A stretch of 64,000 nucleotides of DNA from Promethearchaeota archaeon (GTDB taxonomy: Archaea; Asgardarchaeota; Lokiarchaeia; Sigyniarchaeales; SOKP01), in NCBI GenBank assembly GCA_048940925.1, contig JBHLOC010000004.1, forward strand, positions 96,554 through 160,553, written 5' to 3'. Positions within the stretch are counted from its first letter, which is position 1; each line of letters begins with the position of its first letter. Shown here piece by piece: positions 9,714 to 20,193 of this stretch. The translations under genes were made by a program, and so were the position numbers. Under the pieces are notes generated by a model that made no database searches, was not told the DNA's origin, and saw nothing but the letters and a program-made list of their open reading frames with translations.

Positions 9714-10937
9714 TTAGAAAAAGTAGACACTTATGTTATCAGGCGCAATTAACTCATCTTCTTTGTTTTTACATGCTATAAACTTTATTTTTAGAGTTGT
9801 AGAAACTGTAAGAAGACGTTTAGTCAATATCCCATCAATTATAAGAAACTGTGTTTCTTTATAATTTTGTATTTTTTCGTAAATTTCACCAACGGGTATA
9901 TCAAACAATTTCTCTAGATTTTTGTTTAATCCAATACCATGCCCCGTTTCAATATTGTTAATTATTTCAATTATTACAGATTCATCCTTTATTTTAAACT
10001 TCTTTAAAGCTTTTTGTAGTTTATCCTCTTTTTTATCCTGACTTTTTTCTTCTAAATATTCTCCTTCCAACTCTTTGTATGCTTTAGCAGATCTTTTATT
10101 TTGTAAAGCTTTAATCATTTGTTTTCTTGTTAATTCTTCTACTTCATATCCATTGGGAGCTCTAGCCACATAGTCAATTTTTGCAACCTGCATGAGTTCT
10201 TTTAGAATAATTGTACCTCCTCTATCACCATCTAAAAAAGCAGTGACCGTGTCTTTATTCTTAGTTAATTTAATAACCGACTTAGGAATTTGAGTTCCTT
10301 GAACGGCTATAGTATTTTTAATACCTATACGTAATAAGTTTAATACATCTGCACGTCCCTCAACAATGATTAGATCTTTATCACTTTCTACTTCAGGACC
10401 TGCAGGGAGTTTTTCCGAGCTCCATGAAATTATTTCACCTAGTTTAATATCTGTATCTATTTTTTCTTCTATCTCACTTTGCTCTAAAGATTTTTGATCC
10501 CATTCTTTTAACAGTTCAGCTGCTCTTTCTATTATTTTCTTTCTTTTTCTTTCACGAACATCACGAATTTCTATAAGAGTAAGCTCTGCTTCACACGGGC
10601 CGACTCGAGACACTGTTTCTACAGTTGCAGCCAATAATGCTGTTTCACGTCGTGTAAGGCTAGAGGGGATTTTAATAATTCCTGTAGAGACACCTTCCTC
10701 TGCTTCATTTTCTACTTCTATTCTTCCTATTCGTCCAGACTTCTGTAGGTCTCTTAGATCAAGGTCTAAGAGCAATCCTTCAGTTTGCCCAAAAATAGCC
10801 CCAACTATATCTGATTTCTCGACAACACCTTTAATGTTGAATTTAACTTCAATAATATATTTTGTAGTAAAATCTGATTGATCTGTAATCTTTACCACTT
10901 CCTTTTTAATTATATTATACCTTTTTGATTTATTCAA
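9714..10937 (-). CDS. dnaG: Archaeal DnaG-type primase (exosome-associated)
   Basis: GVVEKSDIVGAIFGQTEGLL, TOPRIM IIVEGRADV and FLDGDRGG. Confidence 0.96.
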   Translation of the reverse strand: MNKSKRYNIIKKEVVKITDQSDFTTKYIIEVKFNIKGVVEKSDIVGAIFGQTEGLLLDLDLRDLQKSGRIGRIEVENEAEEGVSTGIIKIPSSLTRRETALLAATVETVSRVGPCEAELTLIEIRDVRERKRKKIIERAAELLKEWDQKSLEQSEIEEKIDTDIKLGEIISWSSEKLPAGPEVESDKDLIIVEGRADVLNLLRIGIKNTIAVQGTQIPKSVIKLTKNKDTVTAFLDGDRGGTIILKELMQVAKIDYVARAPNGYEVEELTRKQMIKALQNKRSAKAYKELEGEYLEEKSQDKKEDKLQKALKKFKIKDESVIIEIINNIETGHGIGLNKNLEKLFDIPVGEIYEKIQNYKETQFLIIDGILTKRLLTVSTTLKIKFIACKNKEDELIAPDNISVYFF

Positions 10938-11499
10938 TAATTCAAAATCTAAGGAAGACCTATATCATAGAAGTAGTAAATAACCATTTAAAGTAGAAAC
11001 AATGATAAATTAATTATTTCTAATTAAATTATTTGATTTTTAATCTATTGAGATAAATTTATGAATTTTTTATAACCTTGAATTAGGAACCTACTTCTTA
11101 TTTTTTTTATAAGTCTAAATAATGATTTTGATTTATTGAATTGATTAAAATTTTGATTATTTGTTTGCTTAATTTACGACATTATTTAATTTATTTGATT
11201 AATAAACTAATTTAATAAGTTTATTTGTAAATTTAATATCTTTAATGTGTTAATATGATTGATTAATTTAATTAATAATTTAATGAATGATATCAATAAT
11301 TTTTATTATAATATATTCAAAAAATTGTTTAAAAATATTTATTAATTAATTTAATAAATTTTACAATTTATTTTTTGCTAATTTTCGGATTTCAAAACAA
11401 AAAGACAAATGCATACGAAAGAATATTAAATATTTGATTAGTTTTTTATTTCATATTTATTTTTGATATTTAGATTTTAATTTTATATTTTGATTAATT
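10938..11499. promoter_or_regulatory. Very AT-rich divergent intergenic region with repeated TTGATT(A) motif
   Basis: About 560 bp without an ORF; at least 8 same-strand TTGATT copies. Confidence 0.4.
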
Positions 11500-12522
11500 G
11501 TGTTAGAAGCTATACTAGTCCTTGGTGGCAAAGGAGGTGTTGGAAAGAGCACGATAAGTGCAGCAACAGCCGTAAGATTATCAGATCTCCTTCCAGATAA
11601 AAAATTTCTTCTTATTTCATTTGATATGGCGCATAATCTTAGTGATCTATTCGAACAGCAAATTGGAAGCAAATTAACACCTCTCACACATAATCTTTGG
11701 GGTATTGAACCAGATGCTAATATCTATGCTGAACAGTATACTGCTGATTTAATATACAAAATGAAATCTTTAATGAAAAAAATGCCAATTGTAGGTTTAA
11801 TTCCTCAAGTTGAGAAATTTATTGATACGACTTTTACAGCAGATTCTATACCATTAGCACTTAAGAACGCTATGTTTTTTCAGAAAATTTTAGATGCCGA
11901 AGATAAGAGTAGTCAAAATGTTCAATTTGATATTGTCATAGCTGATTTTCCTCCTACAGCTAATATGATTACACTTTTTGAAATTCCAGAAGATCAAGTT
12001 AAAGTTGTATTAAAATATTCCTTGAATTTTTATAACTCAATTAAAGGAGCAATTAGACATGTTTCAAAAATGTGGAGAAATATTACGAATCCTTTTGAGG
12101 ATAATAAAGAAAGGAAGGAATTAGGAAAAGAAATCTTCAATATGATTGTAGATCTTGAAAAACGAGGAGAACGAATTTCTGAACTAATTCATAAAGTGGG
12201 GTCACTTAGACTAGTAACTATTGCTGAAAAACCTAGTTTTGAAGAAATTAAAAGAGCTAGAGATTTAACTAAAAAATATATATCTCTGCATGCAGTTCAT
12301 ATAAATATGGTTACCCCCATAGCAAAACGATGTGAATTTTGTAATAGCTTACGAGAAAATCAACTAAAATTTATCACAGAGATTAAAGAAGAGTTTAAAC
12401 ATTTAAAAATTTGGGAATCAAATCGTCTTATTGAGGAGCCGATTGGAATAGAAGGAATTAAAAAATTAGCTAGAGAGATTTATGGATCCGCAACAGCCAA
12501 AGAGATTTTAAACCCCAATTAA
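11500..12522 (+). CDS. ArsA/Get3 (TRC40)-family ATPase
   Basis: GKGGVGKST, SFDMAHNLSD, DFPPT, and C-terminal CEFC. Confidence 0.9.
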   Translation: MLEAILVLGGKGGVGKSTISAATAVRLSDLLPDKKFLLISFDMAHNLSDLFEQQIGSKLTPLTHNLWGIEPDANIYAEQYTADLIYKMKSLMKKMPIVGLIPQVEKFIDTTFTADSIPLALKNAMFFQKILDAEDKSSQNVQFDIVIADFPPTANMITLFEIPEDQVKVVLKYSLNFYNSIKGAIRHVSKMWRNITNPFEDNKERKELGKEIFNMIVDLEKRGERISELIHKVGSLRLVTIAEKPSFEEIKRARDLTKKYISLHAVHINMVTPIAKRCEFCNSLRENQLKFITEIKEEFKHLKIWESNRLIEEPIGIEGIKKLAREIYGSATAKEILNPN

Positions 12523-12576
12523 AGTTTTGCTTTAGTATTGAACTGCAACTTTTAGAGAAAAACCATGTCAGAAAAA

Positions 12577-13677
12577 TTATATAATGGATTTCTTTTTTCT
12601 AGTAAATTTGTATTTGATTATTGAGGGAATAATTTTGCCAATTAGCTGTAACCTATCTTTAAATGAAACCTGTTTAAGGAGTCCAAATATCCATTGACGT
12701 GTTGTTATAGAGGTTCCCCTTGGTAAAAAGGGATTATTTAGTTTTAATTGCTTCTCTAAACGATAACGGCTATTTCCGATTTCAGTAATTGGAGTAATAC
12801 TAGTATTGGAAGGAATAAGTCCCTTTTGAGCTAAATTAGTGAAGAATTCTATTTCTTGTGATTTAAATCCCATTAGTTCAGCTGTTACCGCATCCGAAAT
12901 TCCAATGCTAGTAGAAACAATTAGCGCATTCCAATCAATTGGTTCCACTTTTACTTGATCAATCAAAGAGCCTGCAAAGCGTCCTCCATTAATTCCAACA
13001 CAAACAACACCTGCTTTATGAATTCTTTCTAATGCATCCACTATATAATCCTTTAATCCTAATCCTATATCTGAGAACGCAAGATGCAATAAATTTTTCT
13101 TAGGAAATAATGTTGATCCTATAATAAGTGATTTTCCACTTAAGGAAAAAGGAAGTCCTTTAAATCCTGCGACAAATTCTGAAAATGGTGCTTTAGGATT
13201 ACTAAAACTTATAATCAAATTTTTATTATTGAAGAGAAATCTTGGAAGTCTAACTGGTGGATAATCAAAACCATAATTCAAACTAACAATATCTTCAGGC
13301 TTTAATGATTTTTCTTTTAAACATAATATCCGGACCTGTGAGTATTTGCTAGCAAGTTGCGTATAGCCAAACTTTTCAAAAAGGTTTTCAATATTCCGAT
13401 TACTTGTTGCTGGGGTTTCATAAAAAGTGATTGGTTTACCAGCACTGGCTATAATTATAGCTTCAGCAAACTCGACATCAAGATAAGTTCCCTCTACAGG
13501 TTGTTCATCTCGAAAAAAACTTGCTCCTATTGGTACGTGTACATATATTTCATGAGCTTTATCAATAAGAGGGAGAATCTCTGCTTGTAAAAAAGCCTCA
13601 TATAAACCTTTTACTATCTCACGATTTTCAAGATCAATTATTATCGCTTTATCTTGTACTACATTTCCAGAATTCAT
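12577..13677 (-). CDS. DUF362-like protein (divergent)
   Basis: Pattern T...F.EAII / FYE / LPR.L / IISF..PK / SLSGK / D.V.AELMGF resembles DUF362. Confidence 0.55.
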   Translation of the reverse strand: MNSGNVVQDKAIIIDLENREIVKGLYEAFLQAEILPLIDKAHEIYVHVPIGASFFRDEQPVEGTYLDVEFAEAIIIASAGKPITFYETPATSNRNIENLFEKFGYTQLASKYSQVRILCLKEKSLKPEDIVSLNYGFDYPPVRLPRFLFNNKNLIISFSNPKAPFSEFVAGFKGLPFSLSGKSLIIGSTLFPKKNLLHLAFSDIGLGLKDYIVDALERIHKAGVVCVGINGGRFAGSLIDQVKVEPIDWNALIVSTSIGISDAVTAELMGFKSQEIEFFTNLAQKGLIPSNTSITPITEIGNSRYRLEKQLKLNNPFLPRGTSITTRQWIFGLLKQVSFKDRLQLIGKIIPSIIKYKFTRKKKSII

Positions 13678-13774
13678 GTAATTCTCATGTCCTTATAAGG
13701 TAAAAATTATTGGCAAAAAATATTCTATTTAGAGTATTTACTTTACAAATTCTAAGTTAATGATAATGTTCTCT

Positions 13775-14122
13775 TTATTTTAAGGTAATTTCAATAAAAA
13801 TTGATTTTTTTTCTCCTTCCCGATCTACTTTAAACATCAATTTAAACATGCGATATTTTTTCTTAAATAATTCAATGATAAGTTTAGACTCATCATCTGA
13901 GAGAATGCGAGCAATGCCATCAAAATATTCACCTTTAGGTTTACCTCGCATACTGGAAGAGGCAATTTTGATACTTGGATTATTCTTAATACGTTTAAAT
14001 TTATATCTTCCTTGTAATGTTACAAAATATATTTTTTCATTCTGTTCTACGAACCATACTGGTGTAACTATGGGATCCCCATTTTTTTTATATGTTATAA
14101 GGCTTACATATTTACCTTCCAC
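13775..14122 (-). CDS. PPOX-class (PNPOx-like) probable F420-dependent protein
   Basis: YVSLITYKKNG.P..TPVWF, K.KRIKNNP. Confidence 0.88.
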   Translation of the reverse strand: MEGKYVSLITYKKNGDPIVTPVWFVEQNEKIYFVTLQGRYKFKRIKNNPSIKIASSSMRGKPKGEYFDGIARILSDDESKLIIELFKKKYRMFKLMFKVDREGEKKSIFIEITLK

Positions 14123-14398
14123 AATGCTTAAACTAATTTTTTATTGTTATTAAATATTTGATCACTTTTTTAGAGAAAATTATTTAATTTTTTTTTTTAT
14201 ATTAAATGTCTTGGTTCTTCGAATTCTTTAGTTAAATTGTTTAATTTGCTTGTTCTTCAAATTCTACATTGTTAATTATTATAATAAAAGCAGAAAGGAT
14301 GTTGAAAAACAAAAGTTTTTTATTAAAAAAATTTAAATTTTATCTACGATTAAAGAGATTAATAATTCAGAAAATTTATACATTTTTACTTATAAAAA

Positions 14399-14977
14399 AT
14401 GATAAAGGCATTATTGTTTAATGGATATTCCAATTATGACTCTGATGCTGAAACTATTTGTTCCCTAATAATTGCAGAACTTAAAAGAAATAGATTTGAG
14501 GTAGAACAAATCTTAATAAAAGATATCTCTATCGCAGCTTGTCAAGGTTGCTTTGATTGTTGGTTAAATACACCTGGAGAGTGCAGAATAGATGATTACG
14601 GGCGAGAGACAACTAATAAAATGGTTCATAGTAATTTAATCATTTACATTACACCAATCACATTTGGAGGATATTCCTCTGAGTTGAAAAAAGTACTAGA
14701 CAGGTTTATACCCATTTTATTACCATTTTTAACAAAAAGAAAAGGAGAAACTCATCATAAATTCCGTTATAAAAATAGAGCCTCCATTATTGTTATAGGT
14801 ATTTTAGGTAAGCCAAATAATGAAAAAGAATCTATATTTAAAGAATTAGTTCATCGTAATTCGCTTAATATGGGAGCACCTGTTCATGAAGTGATTATAT
14901 ATATTAAAAGCCAAAGTAAAACCGAGTTTGTAAATAAATTAGCTAAAATTTTAAAGGAGGTGAAGGTAAAAACTTGA
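14399..14977 (+). CDS. Flavodoxin-family (iron-sulfur flavoprotein-like) protein
   Basis: CQGCFDCW..TPG.C...D, TPITFGGYSSELK..LDR. Confidence 0.88.
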   Translation: MIKALLFNGYSNYDSDAETICSLIIAELKRNRFEVEQILIKDISIAACQGCFDCWLNTPGECRIDDYGRETTNKMVHSNLIIYITPITFGGYSSELKKVLDRFIPILLPFLTKRKGETHHKFRYKNRASIIVIGILGKPNNEKESIFKELVHRNSLNMGAPVHEVIIYIKSQSKTEFVNKLAKILKEVKVKT

Positions 14978-15801
14978 ATAACAATAAAAAAGCACTTCTT
15001 TTAATCGGTAGCCCAAAAGTTGAAAAGAGTACTTCAGCTTCTCTTGGAAATTATTTAATCTCAAAATTAGAGAAATCTGGGATGTCAATTGAGAAAGGAT
15101 TTATCTATAAAATTATTAATCGAGAAGAAAAAATAAAAGAGCTCTTTAAGATGATTGATAATACAGATCTAATCATCCTTTCTTTCCCTCTCTATATAGA
15201 TTGCTTACCAGCTCCCGTGATTAAAGCGATGGAGTTAATTAAAGAAGGAAGAGATAATTTAGAAATAAAAAATACTCCAAGTTTAATGGCAATTTGCAAT
15301 AATGGCTTTCCTGAATCATCCCAAAATATGATAGCACTTCAAATTTGTAGAGTTTTTTCAAAAGATTGTGGATTTGCATGGAAAGGTGGAATCCCCGTTG
15401 GTGGAGGAGGTGCTATTAACGGTGCTCCACTTAAAAAAAGAAAAGGGATGGTAAGAAATATTATTAAGGGATTAGATATAGCAGCTAAAGACTTAGCGAA
15501 TGGAAGAGAAATTCCTCAAAAAGCTATCAACATAATATCAAAAAAAGTTGCATCCTATAATCTTTATAGAATTTTTGCTAACTTAGAATTTAGATTTCAG
15601 CTAAATCCCATCTTACTCACAGGTTTAATCACTCTTGGTTTGATTTTATTAATTAGTGGAACACCCCTTACGATTTATGGAATAATAATTAAAGATATGG
15701 TGGATTTAAACATCGGCATAGCATGTTTAATTATTGGAGGAGACTTTTTCATTTATGGAATGATATTTAGAATTAATATAAAAAAAAAAAAATCTATTTA
15801 A
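14974..15801 (+). CDS. Flavodoxin-like NAD(P)H-dependent oxidoreductase with C-terminal TM helices
   Basis: GSPK...TS, FPLYIDCLP, NNGFPE motifs; two hydrophobic helices at the end. Confidence 0.8.
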   Translation: MNNNKKALLLIGSPKVEKSTSASLGNYLISKLEKSGMSIEKGFIYKIINREEKIKELFKMIDNTDLIILSFPLYIDCLPAPVIKAMELIKEGRDNLEIKNTPSLMAICNNGFPESSQNMIALQICRVFSKDCGFAWKGGIPVGGGGAINGAPLKKRKGMVRNIIKGLDIAAKDLANGREIPQKAINIISKKVASYNLYRIFANLEFRFQLNPILLTGLITLGLILLISGTPLTIYGIIIKDMVDLNIGIACLIIGGDFFIYGMIFRINIKKKKSI

Positions 15802-15887
15802 GCTAGCAGAGAATAAGTTTTTTAGGCTGATACATTACTTAGATATGTTAATCTTAGACGGATACATTTTCCAAAATCAATCTTTAG

Positions 15888-16032
15888 AACCTCTTTTACT
15901 TTCAAGATCAGCTATTACCGCTTTATCTTGGACTACATTTCCAGAATTCATCTATAATCATAACCTTATATATTTACCTTCCATTATGCTTAAATTAATT
16001 TTTTATTGCTATTAAATACTTAATTAAATTTT
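15888..16032 (-). pseudogene. Collapsed duplicate of the 5' ends of the DUF362-like and PPOX genes
   Basis: 15900-15951 matches 13626-13677 (4 mismatches in 52 nt); 15965-16032 matches 14103-14170. Confidence 0.8.
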
Positions 16033-16376
16033 TATAGATTCTCTTAAATGTCTGTAATAATTATTAACAATTTACCAAGTAAATTCAACTTTTCATTGAA
16101 ATAGACTCTTAATTTACATTTCTAGAGGCAAGAAAAAGAGCTAGATATTTCAAAAAGCGATAAATCAAATTTGAGGGAATATAAATGAATATAAGTATTC
16201 CTGAACCTAAAAAATATGATTTCTGAGATAAAATTAGATCACTACAACCTTTATTCTTGACGATATATTTAGACATTAGCAGTTAAATATTACAAAATAA
16301 ATTGGATTTTTGAATATTAGTAATTTATTAATTATTTATATATTAAACTTGAAAAATTATAAATAATTAACTAAAT

Positions 16377-17330
16377 GTGAGGTTATGTTTAATGAATAAT
16401 GATATATGGTTTGGTTATCACGTTCCTTCTGAGGGTCTTAATTTCGAAAACATGAGAAAAATCTGCTTAACAGCTGAAGATGCCGGCCTTGATCTTTTTA
16501 CAACGACAGATCATTTTATGAATATGAGGAATCCAATGGGTAAGGAAAATCATCCTCTTGAATGTTGGACCTTGCTTGCTGGTCTTGCAGCAGTTACTAA
16601 AAAGATTCGTTTAGGACCATTAGTAACTTGTTATGGCTATAGAGCACCAACTCTTCTTGCAAAAATTGCTACAAGTGTCGATATTATAAGTAATGGACGA
16701 CTCGTAATGGGACTTGGAGCAGGATGGCATCAAGCTGAATTTAAAGGATTTTATGGAAAATTCCCCCTAGCAAAGGAACGAATACAAGGTTTTGAAGACA
16801 CATTAGCTATTGTCCATTCTATGTTCCGTAATGAGCACACTTCATATAATGGAATAGTTTTTTCAGTCGAAAATACTTTAAACAGCCCGCTCCCAATTCA
16901 GAAGGAAATTCCGATGATGGCGGGAGTTTTTGGGAATTTAACAATCAAGATTGCTACTCGTTATGCTGATATTATTCATTGTCTCTTTGACTCTACACCA
17001 GAGGTCGTAGAAAAACGGAAAATTCAAATAGCTGAAAACTGTAAAGAGATTGGGAGAAATCCGGATGAAATACGAATTGCCGCAGGATATTCAATCTGGC
17101 TAAATCCAACAAAGGAAGATATTTCTAGACGTATTACGAGATTAAAAAGCAGGGAACAAATATCCACAAAAGAAGCAAAAGAGATGGTTAATAGTGCTCC
17201 ATCAACGCCAGATGAACACATTGAAGTAATGCAAGAGTTAATCAACCGTGGATTGAAAGTTTTTACTTTTATGGGATCTACTGACCACTTAAAAATATTC
17301 GCAGATAAAGTTATTTCTAAATTGAAATAA
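16377..17330 (+). CDS. LLM-class (luciferase-like) flavin/F420-dependent oxidoreductase
   Basis: DHF, ECWTLLAGLA..T..IRLG.LV, LLAK...VD.ISNGRL..GLGAGW. Confidence 0.92.
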   Translation: MRLCLMNNDIWFGYHVPSEGLNFENMRKICLTAEDAGLDLFTTTDHFMNMRNPMGKENHPLECWTLLAGLAAVTKKIRLGPLVTCYGYRAPTLLAKIATSVDIISNGRLVMGLGAGWHQAEFKGFYGKFPLAKERIQGFEDTLAIVHSMFRNEHTSYNGIVFSVENTLNSPLPIQKEIPMMAGVFGNLTIKIATRYADIIHCLFDSTPEVVEKRKIQIAENCKEIGRNPDEIRIAAGYSIWLNPTKEDISRRITRLKSREQISTKEAKEMVNSAPSTPDEHIEVMQELINRGLKVFTFMGSTDHLKIFADKVISKLK

Positions 17331-17369
17331 TAATAATAATAAAAATAAAAGGCAAATAATATTGAAGAC

Positions 17370-18638
17370 TTAAGTGCCTTCTTCGTAACCGTGGATGTAA
17401 TTATATTGTTCTTCCGTTAGTTTGTCAATCTCGACACCCATCGCCTGCAACTTAAGAAATCCAACTTCGTCGTCAATATGAGCAGGTATTTCAATCATTC
17501 CAGGCTTAAGTGAATCTTTATTTTTAACTATGAACTCAGACATTAACGATTGGAGCGCAAAAGACATATCCATCACTTCACTTGGATGTCCTTCTGACAA
17601 CACAAGATTAGCTAATCGTCCTTTAGCCAATAAATAGACTTTCTTTCCTGAGGGAAATGTTAGTTCTTCCACATCTTTCCTTATGGGCTTTATTTCTTTA
17701 GAATATTCATATAACTCCTTTGTGGGTATCTCGATATCAAAGTGCCCAAGATTACCCAGAATGACATCATCTTTAAGTTTATCGAACATTTCCTTTGTTG
17801 GAGCAATTACATGTTTGCAACCTGTTGCCGTAAGAATGATATCTGCTTCAGGAATTGCCTTTGCGATAGGTTTTACTTGATATCCAGCAAATTTCGCTTG
17901 AAGAGCTTTAATTGGATCAACTTCTGTTACAATTACATTTGCACCTAACCCACGAGCTCTCAACGCCATCCCGCTACTGCAATGACCGTATCCGCATATC
18001 AGACAAGCCTTACCTGCAAACAAAACATGCATCCCATAAATAGCCGAAACTATCCCTTGTCCTGTTCCTAATTCGTTGTCAAATTGATTTTTACATCGAG
18101 CATCATTTACAGGAAATAAGGGTACTTTTAAAACACTCTTTTTTTCCATCGCTCTGAACCTTTTAACCCCAGTTGTCGTTTCTTCTTGACATGCTATTAT
18201 TGTTCCGGATGAGATAAGATCCTGATACTCCTGATGTGCCGTGACAATCATATCGCCACCATCATCAATTAAGATATTTGGTTTACCATCTAAACACTGT
18301 CTTATACACCAATAGAATTCCTCATCTGTATTACCACGCCACGCGAATACATTTATTCCTTCCTGAACCAGAGCTGCTGCAACATCATCTTGAGTAGACA
18401 GAGGATTACTTCCACATAAATATACATCAGCACCTCCAATTTTTAAAGTACGTGCTAAATTGCCTGTTTCTTTTGTAATATGGAGACAACCTGCAATTGT
18501 GATACCTTTTAGTGGTTTTTCTTCAGCAAAACGATCTCTCAGGATTTTCGCAGTTACAGGCATTTTATTTTCTGCAATATATAGGGCTTCCTTTCCTTTT
18601 TCTACTAAACTTTCGTCAGCAACTTTATAATTTACCAT
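17370..18638 (-). CDS. ahcY: Adenosylhomocysteinase
   Basis: CLHIT.ET, SNPLSTQDD, EETTTG, GHFDIEI, GRLANL, GHPSEVMDMSF. Confidence 0.97.
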   Translation of the reverse strand: MVNYKVADESLVEKGKEALYIAENKMPVTAKILRDRFAEEKPLKGITIAGCLHITKETGNLARTLKIGGADVYLCGSNPLSTQDDVAAALVQEGINVFAWRGNTDEEFYWCIRQCLDGKPNILIDDGGDMIVTAHQEYQDLISSGTIIACQEETTTGVKRFRAMEKKSVLKVPLFPVNDARCKNQFDNELGTGQGIVSAIYGMHVLFAGKACLICGYGHCSSGMALRARGLGANVIVTEVDPIKALQAKFAGYQVKPIAKAIPEADIILTATGCKHVIAPTKEMFDKLKDDVILGNLGHFDIEIPTKELYEYSKEIKPIRKDVEELTFPSGKKVYLLAKGRLANLVLSEGHPSEVMDMSFALQSLMSEFIVKNKDSLKPGMIEIPAHIDDEVGFLKLQAMGVEIDKLTEEQYNYIHGYEEGT

Positions 18639-18751
18639 TTAAATTCACTTATATGATTTTATAATTTATAATTTTAATTAATTAATAAAGCTATTTTTGG
18701 TGAAATGCAAATATTTTTATAATAAATTATACATATAATTAATATTTCCAA

Positions 18752-20080
18752 ATGAAAATGCAAAATTGTAATATTATGAATGATAAAAAAGATAGGCTAG
18801 AAATCCGACATTTTATAAAAAATTTAAGTGGAAAATCCAAATTCGTTATTTCAAAAAAGTCCCGTGCGATAGGTATTTCTAGACAAACCTATCAAAACAA
18901 ACTTGATAATTTAAGGAATCGAAAAATAATTACTAATTTCACAATTAATATCAATCCTAATCTTAAACCAAATAATCTAAAATATGTCATGCTTGAAATA
19001 AAAACTAACCCAAAAGAACCTGAACTTGTTGAACAATTGCTGAAAATCCCTCAAATAACAATGTTAAATGGTATTTTTGGAGAGTTTTCTCTATTTGCCT
19101 TATTTATCTTTAAATCCCCCGAGGAATATTATCAGATATTAAATAATATTGATAAGATTATGGCACGATCATATTTCAAAAAATATCAGATCATTGAAAC
19201 TATAAAGGTGTTTAAAACAAATGGAATTAGCTTAAGAAGCTTAAATATGAGTTACGAAGAACAATTCGTAGAACAATTAAATTGCATAATGAAACAGAAA
19301 AAAGATTATGAAACTAATTCAGATTCTACAATTGAGAATATTGAATTAAAACTTGCAGAAAAAGTTGATTTAAATCAAATTAGTCGAAATTATATGGATA
19401 TTGAGTATAATCCTAAGAAATTTCCGGGTATCCTTATTAAGATTGAAAAATTTAACATAACTATTTTAATTTTTTCAAGTGGAAAAATAGTTGTAACAGG
19501 TTTAAGAGAAACACAGGACACAGAGAAGGTAATAAATGAGATAATAAAAACTATGAGGAAGTTTGGGATAAATTTAGATAAGAAAACAATCGATCTAAAT
19601 CTTAAAATAGATAATATTGATTATGAAATATTACAAATTTTACGTGATCAGCAAGGAGATAAACCAATATCTACATATGAAATAAAATCAATCTTTAAGG
19701 AACAATTTAGTAATGATATTTCACAATCAACAATCCATAATAGAATTAAGAACCTTGAAAGCCAAAATATAATTCTTAATTACACGATTAATTTCTCTCC
19801 AAAAGAATTAGGGTATAAAGGTAAATTTATACTCCGAATAAAACCAAAAAATCCATCTAAATACAATGAACTTGCCTTCAAATTAGAAAATAACAAAAAC
19901 ATCACTGATCTTTTTCGAATAGGCGAACAGTATGGCTTATTAGCTATTGTTCGTGTAAAGAAAATAGAGGATTATGGAAATTTTTTAAGAGAACTTTATC
20001 TAACAGAGGAAATTGAAGATACTTTTACTCATTTCGTTTTAGATGAATTAATCAAATATACTAATTTTTTAATTTTTTAA
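18752..20080 (+). CDS. Tandem Lrp/AsnC-type regulator with an internal TBP (TATA-binding) domain
   Basis: wHTH+RAM (aa ~15-160), TBP repeat IEYNPKKFPG...ILIFSSGKIVVTGLR (aa ~193-275), second wHTH+RAM (IDNIDYEILQIL...SQSTIHNRIKNLE...GEQYGLL). Confidence 0.85.
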   Translation: MKMQNCNIMNDKKDRLEIRHFIKNLSGKSKFVISKKSRAIGISRQTYQNKLDNLRNRKIITNFTININPNLKPNNLKYVMLEIKTNPKEPELVEQLLKIPQITMLNGIFGEFSLFALFIFKSPEEYYQILNNIDKIMARSYFKKYQIIETIKVFKTNGISLRSLNMSYEEQFVEQLNCIMKQKKDYETNSDSTIENIELKLAEKVDLNQISRNYMDIEYNPKKFPGILIKIEKFNITILIFSSGKIVVTGLRETQDTEKVINEIIKTMRKFGINLDKKTIDLNLKIDNIDYEILQILRDQQGDKPISTYEIKSIFKEQFSNDISQSTIHNRIKNLESQNIILNYTINFSPKELGYKGKFILRIKPKNPSKYNELAFKLENNKNITDLFRIGEQYGLLAIVRVKKIEDYGNFLRELYLTEEIEDTFTHFVLDELIKYTNFLIF

Positions 20081-20193
20081 GAAAACAAGCTTTCAATGAT
20101 AAAATAATTTCTGAGGAGTAAATTCTTAATAATCTTAGAAAATTTCAATAAATTAGAAATAAAAAAAAATCTTCACCAAAAATATCGTATATA

